Below, piece after piece: positions 37,355 through 46,905 of a stretch of DNA of 64,000 nt; within the stretch, counting starts at the first letter, position 1, and each line of letters opens with the position of its first letter. Source of the stretch: Chitinophaga pinensis (GTDB lineage: Bacteria; Bacteroidota; Bacteroidia; NS11-12g; UBA955); the NCBI GenBank assembly GCA_945865625.1, contig CAMBFD010000003.1, positions 1,954-65,953 of the forward strand. The letters are read 5' to 3'. The notes under the pieces were generated by a model. It was not told where the DNA came from, made no database searches, and worked only from the letters and a program-made list of their open reading frames with translations. A program made the translations under genes and the position numbers.

Positions 37355-38014
37355 TTAATATTTTAACTGTAGCCCATAACGCAGCATGGCATAGTTGATT
37401 AGGTATTGTCTATTTCTAGCCAATGGACTATTAAAACCGCAAGTTCTCGGGCAAGGTAACATAGAAATGATTTTAATACTTTGAGATCGAGATAGTTTTT
37501 CAGCAGGTATATGGAAATAATATTGGGTTGCTTCGTCAACACCAAATGCACCTCGGCCCATCTCAATTACATTTAAATATACCTCTAAAATGCGTTTTTT
37601 ACTCCAAAAGATCTCAATCATGCAGGTGTAATATGTTTCAATGCCTTTACGAATCCAACTTCGACCTTCCCAGCAGAAAACATTTTTTGCTGTTTGTTGT
37701 GAGATTGTGCTTGCGCCTCTTGTTTTTTTGCTTTTAGCATTGTGTTCAATGGCCTTTTCAATGGCTCCAAAATCGAATCCCCAATGATCAAAAAAGATTT
37801 GATCTTCACCAGCCATCGCTGCAAGTTGGAAATGCTTGGGAATGTCTTCAATTGGTATCCAACGACCTTTTTCTCCTCTCAATTCACTTTGGGAACTTTG
37901 AATCATTGTAAAGGGAGGGTTAATGAAAATATAGAGTAAAACTGGCACAATGGAAATGAGCCAAACGAAAAAAGCATATTTTAAAAACTTCCTAGACACA
38001 AAAAATGAAAACAT
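37355..38014 (-). CDS. mtgA: monofunctional biosynthetic peptidoglycan transglycosylase
   Basis: AGEDQIFFDHWGFD, RGASTISQQTAKN and RILEVYLNVIEMG GT51 motifs. Start is ATG 38014 or TTG 38020. Confidence 0.88.
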   Translation of the reverse strand: MFSFFVSRKFLKYAFFVWLISIVPVLLYIFINPPFTMIQSSQSELRGEKGRWIPIEDIPKHFQLAAMAGEDQIFFDHWGFDFGAIEKAIEHNAKSKKTRGASTISQQTAKNVFCWEGRSWIRKGIETYYTCMIEIFWSKKRILEVYLNVIEMGRGAFGVDEATQYYFHIPAEKLSRSQSIKIISMLPCPRTCGFNSPLARNRQYLINYAMLRYGLQLKY

Positions 38015-38036
38015 TGTCAATATTATGATAAAAATA

Positions 38037-39044
38037 CTAAAAGCCTTGTATTCCGTTTACTGTGGTGTACTTTAAGACTAAGTTCTTATTTGGATAAATT
38101 CGCTTGAAAGCACTTTGAACCATCATTGTGGCTTCATGAAATCCACATAGAATAAGTTTTAATTTTCCTTCGTAAGTGTTAATATCGCCAACGGCATAAA
38201 TGCCAGGAACGTTAGTGCTATAGTCTAAAGTGTTGACTTCAATTGCAATTTTATTGATGTTTAGTCCCCAATTGGCAATTGGGCCTAATTTTGGGGATAG
38301 CCCAAATAAGGGTAAAAAGCAATCGGCATCAACCCATTGAATTTCAGATTCACCTTTGATGGTTGCACCAACTTTATTGAGTTTTCCACTTCCATCTAAA
38401 TGTGTGATTTCAGAATTTAACATCAATTTTATTTGTCCGTTTGTACTTAAATCCATTACTTTTTGAACACTATCTAAGTGACCGCGAAACTCTGTACTTC
38501 TATGCACCAAAATAACCTCCGAGGCAACATCCTTCAAAAACAAGGCCCAATCTAAAGCACTATCTCCACCTCCAGCAATCACAACTTTTTTGTTGCGATA
38601 CTTTTCTGGATCCTTAATCATATAATCAACCCCTTTTCCTTCAAAATCAATGATGTTCGAAATAGGAGGTTTCCGAGGTTCAAAACAGCCAAGTCCGCCA
38701 GCGATTGCAATATTTGGGGCTTTGTGTTGAGTGCCTTGGTCGGTGGTTACAATGAAATGATTGTCATCAGTTTGTTCAATGGAAACGGCCTTTTCGCCAA
38801 GGGTAAACCCAGGTTTGAAAGGAGCAATTTGTTGCATTAAATTATCGATGAGATCCCCTGCCAAAACAATTGGAAAACCGGGAATATCGTAAATTGGTTT
38901 TTTTGGATAAATTTCGGTCAATTGCCCGCCAACTTGAGGTAGAACATCAATTAAATGACAACGAAGTTTTAGTAAACCAGCTTCAAAAACGGTAAATAAA
39001 CCAACAGGGCCCGCGCCAATGATGATAATATCTGTTCTAATCAT
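38037..39044 (-). CDS. ferredoxin-NADP reductase type 2 (thioredoxin-reductase-like flavoprotein)
   Basis: IIIGAGPVGLF, VGGQL, AGGGDSALDWA and YAVGD motifs. There is no CxxC redox centre. Confidence 0.8.
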   Translation of the reverse strand: MIRTDIIIIGAGPVGLFTVFEAGLLKLRCHLIDVLPQVGGQLTEIYPKKPIYDIPGFPIVLAGDLIDNLMQQIAPFKPGFTLGEKAVSIEQTDDNHFIVTTDQGTQHKAPNIAIAGGLGCFEPRKPPISNIIDFEGKGVDYMIKDPEKYRNKKVVIAGGGDSALDWALFLKDVASEVILVHRSTEFRGHLDSVQKVMDLSTNGQIKLMLNSEITHLDGSGKLNKVGATIKGESEIQWVDADCFLPLFGLSPKLGPIANWGLNINKIAIEVNTLDYSTNVPGIYAVGDINTYEGKLKLILCGFHEATMMVQSAFKRIYPNKNLVLKYTTVNGIQGF

Positions 39045-39051
39045 CTTGTTA

Positions 39052-39059
39052 CAAAGATA
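39052..39059 (-). promoter_or_regulatory. -7 box TATCTTTG, 7 nt upstream of the FNR-like ATG
   Basis: Matches TAnnTTTG on the minus strand. Confidence 0.45.
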
Positions 39060-39126
39060 AAGATACTCAGCATAAACATGATTGAAAAATGTTAGATAAT
39101 TGCGAAAAATGTATAACGAAAAACGA

Positions 39127-40485
39127 TTATTCGTCGGTTCTTAGCAACCCAAACTCCGATAAACGGTATGTTCTTTCTCCAACTTCTACAACATCGCCTT
39201 TTTTATATTTTCTAAGGTTCCTGATTTCATCGTTGGTTTGAATGATGGTTCCACCGGTTTCTCGTGCAAGCATAAAATAGTCGAAAGGAACATTTCCATC
39301 AACATTCCCACACAAAATAATCGAAACTGGTTTTTTCAATTGCTTTAGGAGTACAATGTCTTTGATAGGAGCCCCAGCATCGGCAATCATTAAAATAGTG
39401 TCGATATCATTCCATTTTTTAGTTGCGCTTATAATTGCTTCAATGTTGTTTTCTGGAATATCGCCACCATTGCCATTTTCCATAGCCATTAAAATGGTTC
39501 GGTAAATGGTATCGAAATTATTGCTATTTACGTTATAAACTCCACCCGAAAAACCAATTCGTTTAATGAGTTCTGGTGCTCCATTTCCATCGTTGAAAAA
39601 GGTAAATCTGCTATTTTTTAGCACTTCGGAATTGTACTTTAAAAATAATAAAACCTGTGCTGAATAAGGTCCCATACTTCCAGTTACATCGGTCACAATT
39701 CCCCATTTCCCTTTCCAAATTTTATTTATAAAGGCATCGTATTCGTTGGTGTTTTGTAAAAAGCGTTTATCAAACCTTCCAACTTTAACCTTTTTTGCTT
39801 TAATTTTTCGTGCTACAACGCTATCAACCACCAGTTTAATTTCTTTTTCTCTAAACCAAATGGATGGGGTTTTATACTTGAATCCCTCTTTTCGTTTTTC
39901 AGGGTCATTTGCCAAATAGTAACCAGTTTCTACATATCTTTTTCGTTTTTTGTAGATCACTTTTTCTGGAATCCAAATCATTGAATCTCTGTAAGTACTT
40001 ATTGTATAGCCAATGATGCCTTTTTCTTCTTTTACTTTTTCTGAAACTTTTGCTTTGAAAAAAATGATAAACCCATGGTATAATTTCTTCGCGGCGTCCT
40101 CAGTTTTGGCGCTATTTTGTTCGAAAACTTTGAATTGAATGCCTTTTGTAGCAAACAACTCAGGCCAGATTGTTTTTAAATTCTCGAACCGATTACGGTT
40201 CAAAAGTGGTTGGTCAAATGTATCGACTTCCCTATATTTAGTGTAAACCAAATGAATGGTGATTACAAAACGGTCTTTAGGAAATTTGTAATTTGCATAA
40301 TTCTTAACAAACTCCGATGATGAAAAATCCATTGGCATGTATAAGATATCACTGTCATTTGCATACGGGTGAGTTCCAATTTGAGTTGGTTTAATTTTCA
40401 TCAGGCGGTCAATATTGGCTTGTGCACCTAGCCGCGTATTTGCAACTAAGGAAATTAAAATCAATATGAAGCCTAATTTTCTCAA
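39127..40485 (-). CDS. secreted hypothetical protein with a C-terminal vWA-like domain
   Basis: Signal peptide. Candidate MIDAS-like residues DVTGSMGPY, GGDIPEN and IADAGAP occur in order. Assigned by eye only. Confidence 0.4.
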   Translation of the reverse strand: MRKLGFILILISLVANTRLGAQANIDRLMKIKPTQIGTHPYANDSDILYMPMDFSSSEFVKNYANYKFPKDRFVITIHLVYTKYREVDTFDQPLLNRNRFENLKTIWPELFATKGIQFKVFEQNSAKTEDAAKKLYHGFIIFFKAKVSEKVKEEKGIIGYTISTYRDSMIWIPEKVIYKKRKRYVETGYYLANDPEKRKEGFKYKTPSIWFREKEIKLVVDSVVARKIKAKKVKVGRFDKRFLQNTNEYDAFINKIWKGKWGIVTDVTGSMGPYSAQVLLFLKYNSEVLKNSRFTFFNDGNGAPELIKRIGFSGGVYNVNSNNFDTIYRTILMAMENGNGGDIPENNIEAIISATKKWNDIDTILMIADAGAPIKDIVLLKQLKKPVSIILCGNVDGNVPFDYFMLARETGGTIIQTNDEIRNLRKYKKGDVVEVGERTYRLSEFGLLRTDE

Positions 40486-41204
40486 AGTATTTCCATTAAA
40501 TTTTCAATGCCCATAGGACGCTCAATTTTAAAACCTTCCCCATATTTTACACCAATTAATCGTCCATATTCCAATGCGCGTCCCTCCAAAAAATCCATGA
40601 ATTCCTTTGAACTTATTGGAGTAGATGGTTCATTGCTATTTGATACTGGGTTATAAAATTGACTTTTAAAGGCCAAAATACTTTCCATTTTTTGATTGTA
40701 TTGTTTTGTTATATCAACGATAAAATCGGGTCCAATATTGTAATCTTGAATATAGAAATAAATTGATTTGGGTCTATGTACTTTTTGAGGGACATTATTT
40801 AGGCTGGTTTCAATTTTAGGCAATCCTGCCAAAAAACAAGCTCTGGAAATCAAGGCAGACGCTCTGCCGTGGTCGGGATGTCTGTCTTTAGGGGCATTTG
40901 CAAAAACGATTTTGGGTTGCGCTTCTCTAATTTCTGTGATCAATGCCATGAGTGAAGCCTCATTTTGCTCAAAGAAACCGTCTGCCAATTTGAGGTTTTT
41001 GCGAAAATTAATTCCCAGAATTTTTGCGCTTTCCGCAGATTCTTGACTTCTAATTTCAGCCGAACCTCTTGAGCCAAGCTCTCCTTGGGTGAGATCTACA
41101 ATGCCAACCGTATAACCCATTTCAATGTGTTTGATAACGGTTCCAGAACACGCCAATTCAACGTCGTCTGGGTGTGCTGCTATGGCTAGGATATCAACTT
41201 TCAT
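40482..41204 (-). CDS. bshB1: bacillithiol biosynthesis deacetylase BshB1 (LmbE/PIG-L family)
   Basis: ILAIAAHPDDVELACSGT and HPDHGRA zinc motifs. 240 aa. Confidence 0.8.
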   Translation of the reverse strand: MKVDILAIAAHPDDVELACSGTVIKHIEMGYTVGIVDLTQGELGSRGSAEIRSQESAESAKILGINFRKNLKLADGFFEQNEASLMALITEIREAQPKIVFANAPKDRHPDHGRASALISRACFLAGLPKIETSLNNVPQKVHRPKSIYFYIQDYNIGPDFIVDITKQYNQKMESILAFKSQFYNPVSNSNEPSTPISSKEFMDFLEGRALEYGRLIGVKYGEGFKIERPMGIENLMEIL

Positions 41205-42196
41205 TAGTATTCCATGCTAGGTGGAGGTGTAAAAATGACGTTTTCAAGGGTATTCCCAACGGCAAACAGCGTATTTTTGTCGATACTTTCCAAGTTATCA
41301 TCATGGGTATGCCAATAAGGGGCAAATCCGTTTTGAGGATCATATTGGATAATGTCGATCATCGGAATTTTTGTTTTTTCATAAACGTATTTATGATCGT
41401 CAATAATTTCACCAATTTGGGTACTTACGAAATATGATCCATGTCCCAATTCAGATGCTACAGCCCATGTGTGTACAAGTGCAAAATTTGCCCAGGAATT
41501 ACTTCCAGCTTCCCACATAAATTGAGCATTTTTGCCGCCTACCATGTCTAACAAAATACCAAAATGTGCTGTGTAATTTGGGGTATGTAAATTTTTAGCC
41601 CAATATTGACTACCCAAGCAAAATGAATTTTCAAATTCGCTTTTGCCATAATCTTCTGCATCGAAGAAAATAATATCAATTCCAACATTGGGTTTGTTCT
41701 TGCTGAAGTTTCTTGCAAGTTCGAGTAGAACTGCCACTCCACTCGCACCGTCATTTGCTGCTAAAATAGGCTTGTCGGTGTTCACGTCATCAGCATCGGC
41801 CCATGGTCGAGAATCCCAGTGAGATGCCAATAAAATTCGTTTCTTAGCGGAGGGATTAAAACTTCCAATGATATTGTAAACAGGGATTTGCTTTTTGTTG
41901 TAAGTGGTGGCGCTTCCTTTTTGGAAGTAAGAGGTATCGGTATAACTATTTAGTTTCTGATACAACCAATTGGCGCATTTTAAATGTTCTGGTGTTCCAG
42001 AAACTCTGAATCCAAAACTGAGTTGTTTTTCGATAAAAGCGTAAGCTGAATCTTGTGAGAAATTGGAAACTGTTTTTTGAATCAATTTTACATTTTCATC
42101 GGCATTGTCTGATTCAGTTGATTTAGTTCCGCAACTGCTTGTGAAGCATGTGATTGAATAAACGGCAGAAACAATAAAAATAGTTTTTAAGCGCAT
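41204..42196 (-). CDS. M28 family peptidase / glutaminyl-cyclase-like lipoprotein
   Basis: Lipobox FTSSCG. SHWDSRPWADAD, NDGASGVAVLLE, FFDAEDYG and WHTHDD motifs. Confidence 0.8.
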   Translation of the reverse strand: MRLKTIFIVSAVYSITCFTSSCGTKSTESDNADENVKLIQKTVSNFSQDSAYAFIEKQLSFGFRVSGTPEHLKCANWLYQKLNSYTDTSYFQKGSATTYNKKQIPVYNIIGSFNPSAKKRILLASHWDSRPWADADDVNTDKPILAANDGASGVAVLLELARNFSKNKPNVGIDIIFFDAEDYGKSEFENSFCLGSQYWAKNLHTPNYTAHFGILLDMVGGKNAQFMWEAGSNSWANFALVHTWAVASELGHGSYFVSTQIGEIIDDHKYVYEKTKIPMIDIIQYDPQNGFAPYWHTHDDNLESIDKNTLFAVGNTLENVIFTPPPSMEY

Positions 42197-42211
42197 ACAA
42201 TTTTTGTATTA

Positions 42212-42219
42212 CAAATGTA
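42212..42219 (-). promoter_or_regulatory. -7 box TACATTTG, 15 nt upstream of the M28 peptidase ATG
   Basis: Matches TAnnTTTG on the minus strand. Confidence 0.45.
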
Positions 42220-42286
42220 GTTTATTATATCGAAACGTTTAAATGTTCATTTTCATATTAATTTATCTATTTTCGCTTGTATAAAC

Positions 42287-43174
42287 ATGTCAAATAAAAT
42301 ACAAAGTATGACTGGCTTTGGAAGAGCTGTCATTGAGAATGAGCATATCAAAGCAACGTGTGAGATTAAGGCCTTAAACGGTAGATATTTTGAAGCAGAT
42401 ATTCGCTTGCCGAAGTTTTTATACGAGATCGATGCGAGTATTCGCAGAATGTTATCGGAGAAATTAGAGCGTGGAACAATAACCTGTGTTTACAACATTA
42501 AACTTGTTGATGAGCAAAACGCAACTCAAGAAATTCAAATAAATGAAGTCCTTGCAAAAAAATATTTGACGGCTTTACAAACTTTAAGTCAAAGTTTAAA
42601 TATCGATTTCAAAGATCCATTCCGAGAAATAATTAAGGTTCCGGAAGTGATTGGAACTGCGGATAGAGAAATTTCTGATGAAATCAAAAAATACGTATTT
42701 GAATTGACAGAAATTGCGGCCAATAATTTAATTCAATTTCGAGAAACGGAAGGTATTGCAACAGGGCAAAAATTAATGCAGTTGGTGCAAAGTATTTCCC
42801 AAGATTTAATTGTTGTTGAAAATGAAGAAGATGCGCGAAAAGAAGCTTTGAAAGAACGTATTTATGGAAATTTGAGAGAACATATCCAAGAAAATTTAAT
42901 TGATCAAAATAGAATGGAACAAGAAATTTTGATTTATTTAGATAAATGGGATATTGCCGAAGAAAAACAAAGATTAACACAACACGTTAATTACTTTATC
43001 AATACCCTAAAAACTGAGCCTAAAGGTAGGAAATTGAACTTTATTGCTCAAGAAATGGGTCGTGAAATGAATACCATGGGTGTTAAAAGTAATTATTTTC
43101 CAATGCAACAAGCGGTTGTTCAAATGAAAGAAAAGCTTGAGCAAATTAAAGAGCAAGTATTGAATTTAGCATAG
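42287..43174 (+). CDS. yicC: YicC-family stress-induced protein
   Basis: IQSMTGFGRA N-terminus and C-terminal FIAQEMGREMNTMGVKS. Confidence 0.88.
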   Translation: MSNKIQSMTGFGRAVIENEHIKATCEIKALNGRYFEADIRLPKFLYEIDASIRRMLSEKLERGTITCVYNIKLVDEQNATQEIQINEVLAKKYLTALQTLSQSLNIDFKDPFREIIKVPEVIGTADREISDEIKKYVFELTEIAANNLIQFRETEGIATGQKLMQLVQSISQDLIVVENEEDARKEALKERIYGNLREHIQENLIDQNRMEQEILIYLDKWDIAEEKQRLTQHVNYFINTLKTEPKGRKLNFIAQEMGREMNTMGVKSNYFPMQQAVVQMKEKLEQIKEQVLNLA

Positions 43175-43199
43175 ATAAAACAAATGTAACCAACTGTAA

Positions 43200-44978
43200 A
43201 TGAAGAAATTATTTCTTTTATTGATCATATTTATTGGTGTTCCTGCGTTTTCTCAAAATGTAGATTCATTTAAGAAATACAGTCCCGCCAAACTGAATCT
43301 CATCAATTTTACTGAAAATACTTACGGTACTTACGGAGGTGCACTTACTGAATTAAAACAATTAACTCAGCTCCTAAGTGAATCCGATACCAATGTAATT
43401 TTACTGGAAGGATATTCTTGGGCGTCAATGTTTTTTTTGAATTCTTGGTTCCATGCTGAAGAAGAAAAAGATTCGATTTTTGAAACTTATTTAAAGAAAA
43501 TTTCTTCATTTAATTTATATAGAGAGAATTTAGATCAAAATAAAATAAAACTCAATTTGTATTTAGATGATCTAAGGTCTTGGAAATCAAAATTGACTTT
43601 GAAACAAAGAAAATTAATCAATTTTGAAAGCTTTTTTACCGTTGACCAATTTCAAAATGAAATGAATTCAAACATTTTCTTGATTCACTATTTCACAGAG
43701 AAAATCAAAGGATTGGATATTGATATTCAAACAAATATTGACGCAAATGAAGCTGTTTATGATTATTTAACCCTCATCGATCAAGATTTATCTTTATCTG
43801 AAACATATAGTCCTTCATTTAAAGTAAGCCATACGTTGTTTGAATTTTTTCATAGCATCGATAAAATTGATGCCGCAATTCGACCATTTATTGATCATGG
43901 CGAAAGAGGTAATTGGATTCAATACGTACAATCAATTAATGCGCTTCGTTTTTCGTTCGCCAATAAATATTTATATGTAGACGATGGTGAAGATCCATTT
44001 AAGAATCGAAATCAGTTGCTTCTTGAATTAGATAAAATCAATGACACAAGTAATAAAAATTATTTTTTATTTGTTGATGATGGACATTTTTACAAAGAAC
44101 TAGATTCAAAAGCTCCGGTTGTTTCTTTGAGAACCATTCTTGCCGATTTATATCCCAACGTGGCAGTAAAAAGGGTTCTGTTTTATGAAAATGGAGATTC
44201 TATTTTGACAAATGCTGAGCTTCATGGAATACTGTTCCATGATATTTTTACAGATACTGTTGGCATTGTTAAAATTACTTATGTTGATTCAACTGAAGCA
44301 GTCTATGATTCTGCGGCCGCCGTTGAATACACGGCGGATTCTGAATCAGAAAATTCATTTATTTCTAAACCTTTTGCATTTAGATCTTTTGGTTTCGAAT
44401 CTGTATATTCTCGTTGGTATAACGATATTAAATCATTTAAAGAAGTTGCCGATCCTGCAAATAAAATGAATCATATATCGACAATTGGCTGCAGTTTTGT
44501 GATTCAAGATGGACCAACGTTGTCTGGATCAAGGTCTTATAGGTCGCATAATACACGCTATCGGATCAATTACAATCAGCTCTTTTCAAATGAATCGATA
44601 GATAATTTGTGGGCGAATCAAATTGGGATATCTATAGAAAATAAATTGTTTGAAACGAATTTTTTATCAATTTATTTAGGAAATAATCTTTCTTATTACA
44701 ATTTTACGCTCTCTAAAACCTTGAGTTCCCCGTTTGACCAATTTATAACAAACCCATCTGAAATGTATCAAGTTACAAATGATGGATTTTTATATGGAAT
44801 GGGGTTAAATATGAAGGTGGCTCTCAGTGCAATTTATTTAAGGGCAGAAGCTGGATATCAATACGATATGTCTGATAGCAGATGGCAATATCACGGGAAT
44901 AAGATTAATTCAGTTGGCAAGATGAATGCAACTGGTGGTTATTTTGAATTAGGTTTGGGTTTAAACTATGGATATTAA
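43200..44978 (+). CDS. secreted hypothetical protein: degenerate ChaN/EreA-like N-domain plus a C-terminal beta-barrel-like domain
   Basis: Signal peptide MKKLFLLLIIFIGVPAFSQ. By-eye paralogy to the next ORF (NVILLEGYSW, NRNQLLLEL, FLFVDDGHFY). Alternating-pattern C-terminus ending GGYFELGLGLNYGY. Confidence 0.4.
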   Translation: MKKLFLLLIIFIGVPAFSQNVDSFKKYSPAKLNLINFTENTYGTYGGALTELKQLTQLLSESDTNVILLEGYSWASMFFLNSWFHAEEEKDSIFETYLKKISSFNLYRENLDQNKIKLNLYLDDLRSWKSKLTLKQRKLINFESFFTVDQFQNEMNSNIFLIHYFTEKIKGLDIDIQTNIDANEAVYDYLTLIDQDLSLSETYSPSFKVSHTLFEFFHSIDKIDAAIRPFIDHGERGNWIQYVQSINALRFSFANKYLYVDDGEDPFKNRNQLLLELDKINDTSNKNYFLFVDDGHFYKELDSKAPVVSLRTILADLYPNVAVKRVLFYENGDSILTNAELHGILFHDIFTDTVGIVKITYVDSTEAVYDSAAAVEYTADSESENSFISKPFAFRSFGFESVYSRWYNDIKSFKEVADPANKMNHISTIGCSFVIQDGPTLSGSRSYRSHNTRYRINYNQLFSNESIDNLWANQIGISIENKLFETNFLSIYLGNNLSYYNFTLSKTLSSPFDQFITNPSEMYQVTNDGFLYGMGLNMKVALSAIYLRAEAGYQYDMSDSRWQYHGNKINSVGKMNATGGYFELGLGLNYGY

Positions 44979-44979
44979 G

Positions 44980-46875
44980 ATGAAAAAGATTTTTTTACTT
45001 GCATTTCAAATCATCACCGCTTCGTTGTTCGCTCAAAGTAATGTGAATCCTAAAGTGCTCAATTTGAATGATATTTCTGACAATAAGAGTCCAGGTTTTG
45101 AAGCCATCTATCAAAAGGCACGCAAAGCGAGGGTTATTTTCGCCGGAGAAAATCATTCTCAAATTGAATTTAATGCCCGCACTGAATACATGTTAATGCG
45201 CTCATTGTATGAAAATTGTGGTTACCGTAATTTTATCATAGAAATGAGTCCAGTTAGGTCGTATTATATGGAAAGGTATATCCGATATAACGATACACAT
45301 GCCAGAGATTTGTTAAAAAGTGTTGCTTCAGATAAGTTTCTTACCTTGTTTGATCACCTGAATGCTTGGATGAAAAATGTCCCTCAAAATGAAAGAATTC
45401 ATATCCATGGACTTGATGTTGAGCGGTTTTTTGATATGAGTTTTTATCGCATGAATGATGCATTAAAGGTGCAAAAAACAGTTCCCAACAAGCGAATTTA
45501 TCTATTGGCAAAGCAAATTATTCCTCAGATTGTGAAACAAACATATCATTCTGGTTTGTCGGATTATACCGCTGCTACAGTTGATTTTGATTTAGGAGAT
45601 GTGTCTACATCAGATTACAATATTGTGAAAGTTATTGATTCTATTACAGCTCATATTGAATACTTTAAACAATGGATGAGTCCTGAGGATTTTGAAATTT
45701 TTAAGGAGGGATATAGTGGGGCTTTAGAATTTCGGAAATGGACAAATACAGAGGAATCGGCTCACCAATATATTTGGAGGGAAGAACAAATGTTTAAGAA
45801 CTTTGTAAAGGTTTTATCGGCCGATACAACACAAAAGTTTTTTGGTCAATTTGGTCGTTGCCATTCTGCTTTATCAAAACAATTTGGAGATTGTGGATGG
45901 TATAATTTCAGAAGTGTTTGCAATAAAGTAAAGTCGAGATATTTTATAGGAGATTCAACAAAGGTTGTGAGTATTGCAATTAGTTATAGAGACAATGAAG
46001 ATAACCTAGCGGCGGTTGAATTGAGCGACAATTATACCATTAGTGCAGAGCTTGAACAAATTAAAAAGGTGAAATCAAAATGGCCTTTGTTATTCGATTT
46101 GTCTGATAGCACAGGAGATTACACAGAGCTTCGCAAAAAATTCAATTTTGTTTTGTTGAATTCTGATAATGTTCTAGAATTGCCAAGTTTAGATTCTACA
46201 GGTTTAGTATTGCTTGAGGCATCTCCAGAGGAATCTGACAAATTTTCCTTGTGGAGTCAGATAGATCGCAAAGATTTCAATTTTAACCTTTTCGGTCTAA
46301 GTTTTGGTATCCTTAACTTATCGATGATGTCGAATCATTTAAGTTCGTTAAATACCAATATTTCTAACTTGCCAAATTGGTATATAAATCACCATGTTGA
46401 ACATAATAACCGCTGGTTTATATGTCAGGCGAATATATTTTATAACATAAATTCAGCCAAAATTCAAAGTGATTCTGCAAAGAAATTGAGTTATAATTTA
46501 TTTGGTGCAACTTTTGGCATGGGGGTTAGAGCCGTGAACACTCGGAAATTAAAATTGGACTTTTTTGGTATTGGGGGATATTATTACCAGAGTATTGAAA
46601 ATTTTCCTGAAAGTGCCGACATCTTAAATGCGAACACCAATAGGGTGAAAATAGAATCACAATCAATGGTTTATGGAGGTCAAATTCAGTTGATTTACAA
46701 TTTTTCTAAATATGTTGGCATTGGGGCGAAGTATCAAATTTTATACAGATCTAATGACGAAAAGTGGAATTTTAATCAAAGTCATATAGAATATCAAAAT
46801 TATGGTAAAAGTTCAGATGCGGTTTTTAAAGACTTTGGTATTTTTGTGAATTTTAGGTCTACTATCTATCATTAA
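44980..46875 (+). CDS. secreted ChaN / erythromycin-esterase (Tiki superfamily)-like protein with a C-terminal beta-barrel-like domain
   Basis: Signal peptide MKKIFLLAFQIITASLFAQ. Ordered motifs VIFAGENHSQ, NFIIEMSP, WREEQMFKNF and FGQFGRCHSAL. Beta-strand-like C-terminus (VGIGAKYQILYRS, FGIFVNFRSTIYH). The ATG lies 1 nt after the upstream stop. Confidence 0.5.
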   Translation: MKKIFLLAFQIITASLFAQSNVNPKVLNLNDISDNKSPGFEAIYQKARKARVIFAGENHSQIEFNARTEYMLMRSLYENCGYRNFIIEMSPVRSYYMERYIRYNDTHARDLLKSVASDKFLTLFDHLNAWMKNVPQNERIHIHGLDVERFFDMSFYRMNDALKVQKTVPNKRIYLLAKQIIPQIVKQTYHSGLSDYTAATVDFDLGDVSTSDYNIVKVIDSITAHIEYFKQWMSPEDFEIFKEGYSGALEFRKWTNTEESAHQYIWREEQMFKNFVKVLSADTTQKFFGQFGRCHSALSKQFGDCGWYNFRSVCNKVKSRYFIGDSTKVVSIAISYRDNEDNLAAVELSDNYTISAELEQIKKVKSKWPLLFDLSDSTGDYTELRKKFNFVLLNSDNVLELPSLDSTGLVLLEASPEESDKFSLWSQIDRKDFNFNLFGLSFGILNLSMMSNHLSSLNTNISNLPNWYINHHVEHNNRWFICQANIFYNINSAKIQSDSAKKLSYNLFGATFGMGVRAVNTRKLKLDFFGIGGYYYQSIENFPESADILNANTNRVKIESQSMVYGGQIQLIYNFSKYVGIGAKYQILYRSNDEKWNFNQSHIEYQNYGKSSDAVFKDFGIFVNFRSTIYH

Positions 46876-46887
46876 TAAGGAATTAAG

Positions 46888-46895
46888 TATCTTTG
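46888..46895 (+). promoter_or_regulatory. -7 box TATCTTTG, 10 nt upstream of the pssA ATG
   Basis: Matches TAnnTTTG. Confidence 0.45.
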
Positions 46896-46905
46896 AGGAT
46901 TCAAT

